Source of the DNA: Prorocentrum cordatum
Lineage: Eukaryota
Assembly: GCA_963575745.1 (NCBI GenBank)
Contig: CAUYUJ010000114.1
Span: 930,001-994,000 of the forward strand
Direction of reading: 5' to 3'
DNA: 64,000 bases
The notes below the pieces were generated by a model. It searched no databases, was not told the origin of the DNA, and saw only the letters and a program-made list of their open reading frames with translations. This document shows positions 8,501 to 18,480 of the stretch, piece after piece. Numbering within the stretch: position 1 is the stretch's first letter; each line of letters starts with the position of its first letter. Position numbers and translations under genes: made by a program.

Positions 8501-10731
8501 GAGCAGACCTCTCGGCAGACATCCAAGCAGATGAGCAGATTGAGGCAAGCATCCTCGACAACATCATTGACCCGCCATCGGACTTCCTTAACCATCCAGA
8601 TTACGACCCCGACGAGGATTCAAGAAGGATTAAACAGTCTGATGACTGCCGTGTGTATTGTTGGACATCGGAGCTGCTGGTGGATTTGCCTATGATCAAG
8701 ATGAAACAGATCATCGAGATACACAGTGGCGCAGACAGAATTGTAATGGACAAAACTCAGTCACATTTACAAATTGAAATTCGATTTGGATCGAAAGCAT
8801 GGAATGCGGAGTCATACCAATTGAACTACAATCATACCCACAAATGGGCACGTGACTTACCAAATTGCAGTGCAGATCGTTTCTTCAAAAAGTTGGTACA
8901 CTACCTCGACCCAGAGACTATCGAGGAGTCGACCAAAGGCATCTTTCAATGGATCTCCAAAGTATACCAGAACATCTTGAAAGATAGTATTGCGGAGCTT
9001 CCAGATTTCGCCAAAGAGGCCATCCATGAGAACCATCCTGCACTTCAGGCATTGCGTGACCTATTCAAAAATTGTACTGCGACATACGGTAATCCAGATT
9101 TTCCTGTATGGGAAGAGCTGGTGGAAACACCTGCTGCGCCTCGTGAGCAGGGCGCTGAGCAGGATATTCCCCAGGATCCAGGCAGCGTTGCGTCTGCAGC
9201 TCCCGATCAGGAAACTATGGTACGTATCATAGCCGAGCAGACGGGACTCAAGCGCGAGGAGGGCGACAACGAGGCTACCTTGCAGGAGAAAGCTCGCCGT
9301 CTTCGTGAGGAGAACGCATGCCATGGCGGTGCCGAGGATACCGACAATGCCAAGATAGAGTACAAAGGACTGCCAGGGGAAAGATTGTCTAGGATCGAGA
9401 TCGAGGGTTTAAGTAGATCGATCGCTTCCCGACCGAACACCGAGACCAATCGTGAGGCGATCAATCAGATCTGTCAGAGCCTCGCTCGCGGTCAGGACAC
9501 CCGCTGGGGATCCCGCGATCACCTCACTTCGGAAGGGGCCCCCGAGACGATCCTGCATCCCATGCCGCTCTGTCAGAATTGCGGTCGAGATCTGTCCCTC
9601 GGGATTGTCACAGGTGACGGCGCACTTTGTGATATCTGTTGGCAGTTTACCGTGGCCGTAGGCGCCACGGGTAAGAGCACCGCCACACAGAGCGATCTTG
9701 CGTACCTCCAGAAGCTGACGAATTGGATCAAGACGACACTCTCGGAGGACCACATCGCGAGATACATGAAGGACGGTGCGCACGTCATTATGACGGGTGC
9801 GCGATCGCATGCAGACAAGAGAAAGATCAGTTGCGGAGATTGGCCAATGTGTCCAAAAAGAGGCATCAGAAGTGGGTCGAAGCAGGTAGCCCTCCTGCAC
9901 ATGAGTGCAGACCTGATGGGCGAAGCCGACGACGACCGACCTCTGTATTACCCATTCGCCAATCTCGTACAACGCTTTCTCAACGACCTCAAGTTCCACC
10001 ACCAAATGACAGGTGCCCGCGTGAAAGTCGGCAAGAAGCCCTGGACAGTGGAGGACATGCGCGATGCGTGGGACATCCTCGACATCAGCATTAGGACAGG
10101 ACAGGCTGGTCGGAGGAAACGGTGGCTGAACGAGGGGCGCATCGACAGGCAGACGCGGCAGGCCCGCGGACTGGTCACGGTTTCTCCCCCTAGAAGGGAC
10201 GGAACCCGTGAACAGCTCACTCAGCGTAAGCTTGCCGCGATTGCCAATGAGTTGTTAGGCTCCCTCGATCCGGCACATATCGACCAGAGGGGGGTTGATA
10301 CAGGGATGAGAGCCGATCCCGATACACAATCCCACCAGTCCGATGATGCCATGGAGCCGCCGCGCCATCCGCGGCCGCCGCCGCGCCCTGCTCCTGGCGA
10401 TGCTGCTGCGTCCAGCGCCTCAGGCGCGACGGACTACACGCCCGCGGGGCCGCGTGCCAAGAGAGCGCGTACATCAGATTACGCCGCGTACTGGCGTGAT
10501 GACCTTGAGGACAGCTACTGGGGCCTCAGGTACTGGAGTTACTACATCAACTGTTGGATCTACATTGCGATCATCAACGATGAGTACGTTTACATCCAGG
10601 ACATCACGTACAACGATTGGTTTCGCAACTGGATCCCGAGAACGGCTTGGGAGACATTCACGACGAGCTACGCGACGTACAACGGCCAGAGGATGTGGGA
10701 CCGCAGGTTCTACAAGAACGGCAACGCGTAG
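5554..10731 (+). CDS. Cargo segment 3 (1708-aa ORF from ATG 5605): multidomain protein with a Tpt1/KptA RNA 2'-phosphotransferase domain, a C4 zinc finger and a W/Y-rich C-terminus
   Basis: Long uninterrupted ORF in frame with pol, ending in a tandem TAG TGA (10729-10734). Globular blocks are separated by Pro/acidic linkers. Confidence 0.85.
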   Translation, partial: PASLPAETGDTTEPTPGMSTRTPAPDPGDPDQTLPDNDPWVIACNDLFQYLMLLIKEYPGAWASWHSLEKDELLHPKIVKTVEDAHAVTWVVFEQFLHQIKDLDGDDNATKARITAEDNRLSSHRIGPAAENEKNIEACKTFFKQNALDRVALGHDPDVPTSVWKAAADTAQPAPPGPLPDPLQPGPQSIKVSQPATPEPKAEQQPADQLPKAEAVSIPDDGTGLEAMELEATPAEEEPSPHEMNILPWQDSCERSMHEDTSKIGIFHNSCIIREWKLQADVKDDHPYMCPMLRGTRATNGLTCMGDHEWYEQRLHDDSAIAHAPDIAQSGCFPEWKWISLPHYDDVRYGPELIEDEWLGTNKYMSKDITTMLRHEIHYKKFWINQFHDRRINIWEKATKNEWKIPSNWKSFKEMVEWKFRDRKDKHNGPSMEAAVAHFKKDGDNDGYTDWNDCYPIFIIRAFQKHIDSQKNRIEIYAKPIPEGSDPSSFDWNSVIAIRCVGGHSCVNPSSKPWNMGWESLQWTDIKYLHHGTASRAWKNILGTGIIPGYVDPTSQRDKYHKPSQRSEAFFSSSTYLNNVQNNPHTSVESYKFNNYKNEVELVINMEIATKAGCRCWLGAQGAIMTEDVVPAAAIIAVRRLKPHHMHGQQLWPDGDPWDYPPLAAREPLSKYEMCACLPGELIDDPPGLAPIDPDQNMEPPRTTPASAPSVKLGETPAGRTSAEDALDEQIVRAMIRETNHKADDKEWLIALSCCREALRPITSKIMQKDWDRRPAFNDVRMGDFIVVKNWGSTKCFHCDNHWPKGNHNTKIALTKGHIYGPTIHFGIFDKFFAVQVPILNYGLRWVNIWYNDKSMPLKGVVFALPIRTEEHAIDPTWMETVLKGPTSCSEKILQHKTDGSSPYLGMPSIHRPRIPRTPPRRPAPRTPDPDELVATPAEDNAQTGDNPRQTAASSRDPLITIIVDISNITLTADEKAANDNMRADLSADIQADEQIEASILDNIIDPPSDFLNHPDYDPDEDSRRIKQSDDCRVYCWTSELLVDLPMIKMKQIIEIHSGADRIVMDKTQSHLQIEIRFGSKAWNAESYQLNYNHTHKWARDLPNCSADRFFKKLVHYLDPETIEESTKGIFQWISKVYQNILKDSIAELPDFAKEAIHENHPALQALRDLFKNCTATYGNPDFPVWEELVETPAAPREQGAEQDIPQDPGSVASAAPDQETMVRIIAEQTGLKREEGDNEATLQEKARRLREENACHGGAEDTDNAKIEYKGLPGERLSRIEIEGLSRSIASRPNTETNREAINQICQSLARGQDTRWGSRDHLTSEGAPETILHPMPLCQNCGRDLSLGIVTGDGALCDICWQFTVAVGATGKSTATQSDLAYLQKLTNWIKTTLSEDHIARYMKDGAHVIMTGARSHADKRKISCGDWPMCPKRGIRSGSKQVALLHMSADLMGEADDDRPLYYPFANLVQRFLNDLKFHHQMTGARVKVGKKPWTVEDMRDAWDILDISIRTGQAGRRKRWLNEGRIDRQTRQARGLVTVSPPRRDGTREQLTQRKLAAIANELLGSLDPAHIDQRGVDTGMRADPDTQSHQSDDAMEPPRHPRPPPRPAPGDAAASSASGATDYTPAGPRAKRARTSDYAAYWRDDLEDSYWGLRYWSYYINCWIYIAIINDEYVYIQDITYNDWFRNWIPRTAWETFTTSYATYNGQRMWDRRFYKNGNA
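6646..7473 (+). CDS. kptA: Tpt1/KptA-family NAD+-dependent RNA 2'-phosphotransferase domain (PTS_2-RNA-like)
   Basis: Family motifs in order: SKDITTMLRH (R 6673, H 6676), DG-Y, KNRIE (R 6970), IRCVGGHS (R 7048; consensus IRAxQGHS), YLHHGT (7141-7152), NILGTGIIPG, RSEAFFS (consensus RxxxHLS), LVINM, and CWLGAQGAIMTEDVVPAAAI (consensus FxxSxNGVxLTxxxPPxYI). Confidence 0.88.
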
Positions 10732-10734
10732 TGA

Positions 10735-11120
10735 GTCGGCCGCAAGGCCCACCGCTCAAGGCACGAACTTCAATATAACCAAAGTTCGTCTTGAGCGGTG
10801 GCTATTTCATATTTTAGGCCACTTCATTATATAACAAAAGTGGCCACACACACTAATACCTTTTGCGATCACCGAGGCAGCCTCCTAAGGAGCAACGCCA
10901 ACGGGAGTCGCCAAACCGAATTTTTACACATGATTTTCGTGTTCATCAACACGACATTTTGTCTGGCCAGACATTCGCTTTCACACAATGATGTGTTTCA
11001 TTTCAAGATCGTGTTCGTCAACACGATCTTAGCATGCATATTGTAACAGTTTAAACCTGATTGCGTCGAGAATAATCTGATAGCTGGTGGCAACACCTGC
11101 CTCGCAGAAGCGAGGCAGTT
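10735..11120 (+). promoter_or_regulatory. Structured 3'UTR of the retroelement: series of stem-loops
   Basis: GGCC-GCAA-GGCC at 10738-10749; long stem at 10750-10800; stem at 10817-10845; TCGTGTT-CATC-AACACGA at 10937-10954; palindrome at 10960-10973; 11-bp stem at 11005-11030; 9-bp stem at 11097-11118. Confidence 0.7.
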
Positions 11121-11237
11121 TGCATGTTGCTTTAACGCTCAGATCTTCTTTCTCCGCCCACCCTTGTCTCATTCTTCTCCGCCCTCGAGTGCCGAAGCGT
11201 TTTGGGGGGCGCACCGAGGGGGCACCAATGCGTGCTT

Positions 11238-11253
11238 GGAGAAGAAAGGGGGA
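11238..11253 (+). other. Polypurine tract (plus-strand primer) candidate
   Basis: GGAGAAGAAAGGGGGA: 16 consecutive purines, ~500 nt after the final stop, at the position expected for an LTR element PPT. Confidence 0.7.
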
Positions 11254-11600
11254 CTTAGGGTGCTCGTTCTAACTTCACTTTGCAGCTGTGGCTTCGCTGA
11301 TTTCAAGCCCAGCTGCCTCCTGACTTAAGGACTAAAGGAGTTCAGAGGTTACGGATTCCCTTCCTCTGTCCCCGAGTCCTGCCTTCAAGGGCGGGATTCG
11401 GGACGGGGGGCGTGAATGGAACCCGTGTAATACCCTCATATTTACTCCTTATCCTTACCTCTCCTGCGCCTGGCCGTTTGGGCTCAGGCACTGAGATAGA
11501 TCGATCAGACCTTGATCGTGCGGGAGGGAAAGATATCCATCTATCCCTCCTTCTCTCTACCAACGGATCAGGGGTTCTGTACCCTTGTACTTCAACCCCA
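11254..11600 (+). repeat. Probable 3' LTR (boundaries approximate)
   Basis: Follows the PPT directly, and host-type MITE sequence resumes at ~11655. The 5' LTR is outside the window, so it cannot be confirmed. No clean TG...CA termini were seen. Confidence 0.45.
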
Positions 11601-11654
11601 TACACACCGGGAGGCGGGTCGATGGCACTCGACGGCGCGCACGTTCTGCACGAA

Positions 11655-11850
11655 CGAGATGGGCACGGAAAGAATGGGTACAATGCCCAACAGCAGTTCC
11701 TGTTCATTTTGAACAGGACTCGCTGTCCGCGCCGCCGCGGCCTGTGTCCATTTGAGACAGAAGGCCGCCAAACCAACAGCGGCCGCTGTTGGTTTTGGAC
11801 AACATTTGTTGTTGGGCGTTGTACCCATTCTTTCGGTACCCATTTCGGGT
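11655..11850. mobile_element. MITE-like inverted-repeat element
   Basis: Imperfect TIRs: cgagatgggcacggaaagaatgggtacaatgcccaaca ... tgttgggcgttgtacccattctttcggtacccatttcg. Confidence 0.6.
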
Positions 11851-12406
11851 GTCCACACGTGGAGTTGGCGCGAGGGGGGAGTCCTTCTGAGAAGGCGGGG
11901 GGCTTCTTAGAAGACAGGGGTTTTCTAAGAAGGCTTTCTCCCAATTCGGCTTTGCCCAGCGATTCTGTTGGTGGAGAAACCCGTGGATGCCGGACCCGCT
12001 TGGGCGGGGGTTCTCCGCGGGGGAACCCGGCTTTGTTTCCTTACGCGGCGGTGCCCTGGGATTCCCCAGTCCTGTTTCTTTACAGTGGCGTTCTTCGGGA
12101 TTCCCTGTGTTCCCCGGGCCCCTGGCAGCGCTCCTTCTGGGCGCCCCACGTTGCCTCGATGCGGCGCCCTCCGCTGACGCGTGCCAGCGCCCGTGTGCGG
12201 AGCGCTCAGGGGGGAAGGCCTTCTCAGACGACTCAGAAGGCCCCCGGAAGGCCTTGGAATCGCATGGCGGTTTCGAGGACGTGCAGTGTGAAGTTCAGGC
12301 GCTTGTGCGGACAGAAAAAGGCTCAAGAGGCTTCCAGCCTTCGGGTCGCCTCTCGGAAGGCCAGAGGGCTTCTGAGAAGCCCCACCGCCTGAGATGCCCT
12401 GGGGGC

Positions 12407-12788
12407 AGGAGGAGGAGGAGGAGGAGGAGGAGGAGGAGGAGGAGGAGGAGGAGGAGGAGGAGGAGGAGGAGGAGGAGGAGGAGGAGGAGGAGGAGGAGGA
12501 GGAGGAGGAGGAGAGGAGGAGGAGGAGGAGGAGGAGGAGGAGGAAGAGGAGGAGGAGGAGGAGAGGAGGAGGAGGAGGAGGAGGAGGAGGAGGAGGAGGA
12601 GGAGGAGGAGGAGGAGGAGGAGGAGGAGGAGGAGGAGGAGGAGGAGGAGAGGAGGAGGAGGGAGGAGGAGGAGGAGGAGGAGGAGGAGGAGGAGGAGGAG
12701 GAGGAGGAGGAGGAGGAGGAGGAGGAGGAGGGAGGAGGAGGAGGAGGAGGAGGGAGGAGGAGGAGGAGGAGGGAGGAGGAGGAGGAGA
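12407..12788. repeat. (GAG)n trinucleotide tract; similar (GAG)n/(CCT)n tracts at ~14178-14582, 17220-17363, 21805-22080, 24590-24780, 29930-30158, 45170-45566
   Basis: Directly visible. Source of the poly-E/G/R/P/S/L ORFs in the track. Confidence 0.95.
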
Positions 12789-13753
12789 CGCCTCGCCCCC
12801 TCTCACTTCGCCCCTCGGCGCGCCGCCGAGGTCTGGGCTCTCGAGGCACAGCTCGGGCCCGAGGCGGGAATTTACCCATATCCACCGCCTGGAGGGTCAG
12901 CTTTCGGAGCCTCGGCAGGCGGTGGATGTGGACATATTTCACCACCCACCAAACCACCCCAACCCAACCCGAAGGCTCAGATTTACCCTCGATTTCCAGT
13001 GGGGGGGGGGTCGGGAAACATCGAAAAAACACATGTGGAACCCTTACCCCTCCCAACCCGAAATTCGGGTCTTCGGGTTGGGTTGGGGTGGTCTGGTAGG
13101 TAGTCAATGTTCGGGCCCCCAGGGGCCGAAATATATCCACATCCACCGCCCGCTGGGGCACCAGGACGTCGGTTCCCAGGCGGTGGATATGGATCAATCC
13201 CCGCCTCGCATCCTTGAGGCCCCGGGGCGGGGTCTTTCATCTATGCTCCCCTCCAGAGCCTCCGCTCGGTCTCCGCCTGCGCTCCGAGGAAGCAAGTCGG
13301 GGCCAGGAACACGCCCAGCATGCTTCAGGTGGGAAAAGAAACACACAGACACAAATGATCGTCGACTCCCAGGAGAATATGGGAAAATACGGTAGAGGGA
13401 AACAATTACTGACCACTCCCTCTCCCCCCCAAACTCGATGTTGGCACGCGCGCGGGAGACTGCGGTCGAAGTGCATCTCATCAGACCCACCGCCAACTTT
13501 GAACACTGGGGGGAGGGGGAGGCGTTGACGGATGAATGTGGCAGGTGTTCGCTAATTTGTTCCGAGGCCTGCATGGATGTGGACAGAGCCCCTCCTCGCA
13601 TCGGGCCTCTGGCGAGCGCTCGGGGCGGCCCGGGCGGCATCCCCGGGAGGCCCACGCCGCGGCGAGGCGCAGAGCTGCGGGGCCCGAGGCCTGCAAGCCC
13701 GCCGAGCGCCGCCGAAGACGCCCAACAAGACCTCCAAGCTCCAGCCGATAGGC

Positions 13754-14050
13754 TTAAGTCGGGTCTGTCCCTCTACGGGGGGAATGTTCAAAAATAATCA
13801 CACACAAAAAAAAGAGTCCAGGGACGATTATTTGGTCATTTTTGAGTATTGTAGGCTACTTGTTTCGCTATTTTTTATTTTTCGTCCAAAATCCCTCTGT
13901 AGGGGGACTGGAGGAAAATTCAAAAATAGTCAAAAAAGAGGTTAGGGACGATTTTTGTTTATCATGTTTGAGTATTGTACGGTACCTTGTTTCGCTATGT
14001 TTTAGATATTTCGTCCAACATCCCTCTGTAGGGGGACAGGCCCGACTGAA
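13754..14050. mobile_element. MITE family B (TIR ttaagtcgggyctgtccctctac); further copies at ~29117-29259, 29585-29743, 40685-40877
   Basis: TIRs, an AT-rich interior, and flanking direct repeat ctccagccgataggc (13739-13753 and 14051-14065). Confidence 0.8.
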
Positions 14051-17000
14051 CTCCAGCCGATAGGCCTCTCACCTCCACCCTCGGCGCGCCGCCGATCCGC
14101 ATGTACCCCTGCAAGGGGCACTCATCGAGCGGGGGGGGATCAACCTTCCGGCTGAGCTTGCCCAATCCCGCCCCCTTCCCTCCTCCTCCTCCTCCTCTCA
14201 TCCTCCTCCTCCCTCCTCCCCCTCCTCCCCCTCCTCCTCCTCCTCCTCCTCCTCCTCCTCCTCCTCCCCCTCCTCCCCCCCCTCCTCCTCCTCTCTCCCC
14301 TCCTTTTCCCCTCCTCCTCCTCCTCCTCCCTCCTCCCCCCTCCTCCTCCTCCTCCTCCTCCCCCTCCTCCTCCCCCTCCTCCCCCTCCTCCTCCTCCCCC
14401 TCGTCCTCCCCTCCTCCTCCTCCTCCTCCTCCTCCTCCTCCTCCTCCTCCTCCTCCTCCCTCCTCCTCCTCCTCCTCCTCCTCCTCCTCCTCCTCCTCCT
14501 CCTCCTCCTCCTCCTCCTCCCCTCCTCCTCCCCCTCCTCCTCCTCCTCCTCCTCCCCCTCCTCCTCCCCCTCCTCCTCCTCTTCTTCCAGCCCCTCCTCC
14601 ACCAGCTCCGACGGCACATGCCCAGCCCGCCCCTGGCGGATCCCAGTTGGGGGGCGGCGATGGCCCCAGCCAGAGCAGCCCCGCAGCCGTTCTGGCCCCC
14701 AGCCGCGCCCGGGCCGCTCAACGGCCACCGCCCGCCCGCGCGCGCGGCCCCGGCCCCCGCCGCCAGCTCGGACGGGGTCGGGCCGGATCGGGTCGACAAA
14801 GATCGAGGCTCGAGGGAGGCTCGAGGGAGGATCGAGGGAGGATCGAGGAAGGCTCGAGGCAGGACGATCGAGGGACAGCGATCGAGGGGCGAGGGAGGAT
14901 GATCGAGGGAGGATGATCGAGGGAGATCTCGGGAGGAGGATCAAGGGAGGATGGTCGATCGAGGATCGAGGGAGGATCGCGAATCGAGGGGGGCGTCGAG
15001 GGCCGAGATCGCACCGGGGCGGATCGGCAGGCGGCCCCGCCCCGCAAGGCGCGCGGGCAGGAGGCCCTGTTGCCGATCCGGCCCCATATGCGATTCGATC
15101 TGTCGGGCCCCCAGAGACCAGGACACAGATAAACCAGGACACGGGAAAGCAAGGAAACGGTTTCTTTTTCTGCAAATTCACATGTTTCAGCACCCGTGCA
15201 TGTTTTCTTTGCTGCGCTGCAGGATTCGGGTTTGTGTCCTGGCTTAGCGGGGTTTCTACAGGCTTTAAGGGCCTGTGTCCGGATTTATTATGGAAGCGTT
15301 GCAGTGCCTTGTTTTGTTCGTGCCGCCGTCTGGAAAAGTTGGCTTCGCAGCCAGTGCTTGCACTGAAGGGGTCCTATAGCGGAGGTTGCAAGATTTGCCG
15401 GAAGTTTCCCGCCGATTTTGGTGGCAGGCTGGGTTCCCGGGATCCCGGGTTCCCGGCTATTGGTTCCGGGCGGGTTCCCGGGCTCCCGGGTTCCCGGTCG
15501 ATCTTCTCAGCAAAAGCCATCCATTGATTGGGTTTTTTCTCTGGTGTGATTTGTTTCAACATTTGCATTTCTCAGCGTTTCGGCCTCTGGGGCCCGTCGT
15601 CGGAGAAGCTCTTATGCGATCCTGGCACTTTTTCCGTCGGGCCCCAGTGAGAAGAGGTTGTTTCTCAATCCTGGCAGGCTTTCCACACTGTTGGCCTCGG
15701 GTCCCAACACGTGCTCGACAGGTGCATGTGTCTCCCCCTCCCCCCCATCTCTCGCTCCCTTTAGCATAGGCGCCGGCGGGAGAGCTCACATCGTGGGCGA
15801 GCTGGGTCTGCGACATCGGCTACACGTAAGAGTGACCTTTCGCCGGAGTGGCCTTTGGTGCAGGCACAATGGGGTCTCCCGATCACCGATTGCGATGCGA
15901 TAGTACCGTCTTGCGCGCTTATGCTTGGCCCCCCCGCGGTCCCCAGAAAGCCGCGCACCAAAGGTCATTCTTACCCAGCATAGCTGCCTCGATACGCATA
16001 TTTTGATACGCAACACGTACCGTACTCAAGACGTCCGTGCCAATACGTTGCGTGTCGGCTCCACGTATTGGACCACGTTTTGGCGAACGTATCGCGTCGG
16101 ACCCACGTATTCAGGATACGTGTTGAGCTCCGTATCAATACGCTACGTCTTGCGTGTGGCGTATCGGGGCGGCTAAGTTACCCAGGGTCACTCTTGCGTG
16201 TAGTCTCATGATGCTCCAACCTACTGTAGCCTTGATCACCAGAAAGAATTTCGAGCGCCAGAAACTCGAGAGTTTTCACGTGTCGGGCCCTGGGAGACAC
16301 TCGCCCGACACTGCTTCGACACTCTGTCGGCACTCTTTTGACACTCTTCCGGGTGCTCGAAATCATTTCTGGGATGTGGTCCTTACTTGACGATCGAACA
16401 ACACGCACCCATACCCATAGGGGGGACGGAGGAGGCTATGGGCGCGTGTTGTCGGATGGGGGTCCCCGCTCGAACGGGAGCTTCCCCCAGGGTCCGACAG
16501 CTCGCACCCATACCCATAGCCAGTTCCCCTCCTTTCGACCCTCCTATGGGTGTGGGTGTGAGGTGTCGCACCCATACCCATAGCCAGTTCCCCTCCTTTC
16601 GACCCTCCTATGGGTATGGGTGTGAGGTGTTCGCTCGTCATTACTTAGGATGGGAACAGCATGAGTGTAGCCGATGCGATCCGCTGCAGGTCGGGCCCGG
16701 CAGGGGCGCGCGCGCCCCCGTCGCCGCCGCCGGAGATGCCGCCGGCCTGCGCCGCGGAGGAGCCCGGGGGGGCCCTCTCTGCGGGGAGGCCCCCGTCCAG
16801 GGGCAGAGTCCGGCGGGGCAGGCTCTGAGGAGGGAAGTTTGGGCCTGTCCCTCCACAGGGGGAGTATGCAAAAATGGTCAGGAAAAAGTCTGGGGACTAC
16901 TTTTTGAGTCTTTTGGGCCATCTTTTGAGCATTTCTCGAGTATGGTTTTTGTTTGCTGCCTGCAGCTGGTTTCGGACCCACCGAGGGGCCCATTCCTCGA

Positions 17001-17879
17001 TACATAGCCGCCTCCGGCGCCGGGAGGCGCCGGGAAAATCAGCTACGTGAGCTGATTCTCCCCCCCCACCCCTTTGTTATCCCCCCCTTTCGCCCGGCCC
17101 GAGACGTGCATAGGTTGCGAAGGCCTTATGTACGGCTGGTGCCGCCGACCCTGCAGACGGAGACGACGAGCAGGGCAAGGACGGTGAGAAGCAGGAAGCG
17201 GAGGACGTCAGGGAGCAGGAGGGGGGAGGAGGAGGAGGAGGAGGAGGAGGAGGAGGAGGAGGAGGAGGAGGAGGAGGACGGGAGCAGGAGGAGGAGGAGG
17301 AGGAGGAGGGGGAGCGGAGGGAGGAGGAGGAGGAGGAGGAGGAAAAGGAGGAGGAGGAGGAGGTGCATAGAGTTTCTCGGGGTCGAGGTTCGCGGCTCTC
17401 GCACCTGCTCGTCAGTTCTCGGCGGTCTCCCCGGTCTCGGGGCGCGCTCCAGAGAGGCGGCGCCTCGCCGGGAGCGTCCCCGGGGGGTGCCCGAGTCGTC
17501 CCGAGCCCGGAGGGGCCGCGCGATAGCCAGACAGCCTCGGGGCAGCGACGGGGGTGGGGGATACCCATTGCTCATGTCTAAGTCTTCGAAAGTTCTTTGA
17601 TTTTTGGGGAGGCCAAGATGCTCTCATTTCTGATAACTTTGGGGTGGGGGAACAACATCTCGGTACCAGGGGCCCTGGCGGCACGATCTCTCGCGGCGTG
17701 ATGCCGACGAGCCCGAGCGCAACATACGCGCGACATTCGGGCCGAGCGAAAGGGGGTGGGATAGGGAAGGGGGGATAGGGAAGGGGGGGGGCAAGTTAGG
17801 TGCGCTCGCGTCAACATCTGACATCCTACCCCTCCCTCCCATCCCTTACCATGGCGCTGATTTTCTCTATCCGCGGACG

Positions 17880-18480
<601 letters not shown>

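Larger units (their letters stand above)
1..11600 (+). mobile_element. Ty1/copia LTR retrotransposon, 3' portion (RT, RNase H, ~8 kb in-frame cargo extension, 3'UTR, PPT, probable 3' LTR); gag/protease/integrase lie upstream of the window
   Basis: Copia-type RT and RNase H motifs in RT-RH order. A single frame runs from 1 to 10731. A 16-nt purine tract lies at 11238-11253. The segment is visibly less GC-rich than the flank and lacks the simple repeats/MITEs that fill the rest of the window. The right boundary is approximate. Confidence 0.9.

Noticed and set aside
487..10731. Alternative nuclear genetic code (TAR = Gln) explaining the internal stops
   Set aside because: Only 4 stops occur in ~3577 codons while CAA/CAG are abundant. 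The stop at 487 aligns to an expected Leu, and the frame itself ends at TAG TGA.
5605..10731. Interpreting the Tpt1 ORF as an ordinary host TPT1 gene next to a retroelement
   Set aside because: It is intronless, in frame with pol, shares the element's lower-GC composition and lies upstream of the PPT. The host gene in this window has tiny GC-rich exons and many introns.
11255..11260. TTAGGG after the PPT as a telomeric repeat
   Set aside because: Single occurrence with no array.
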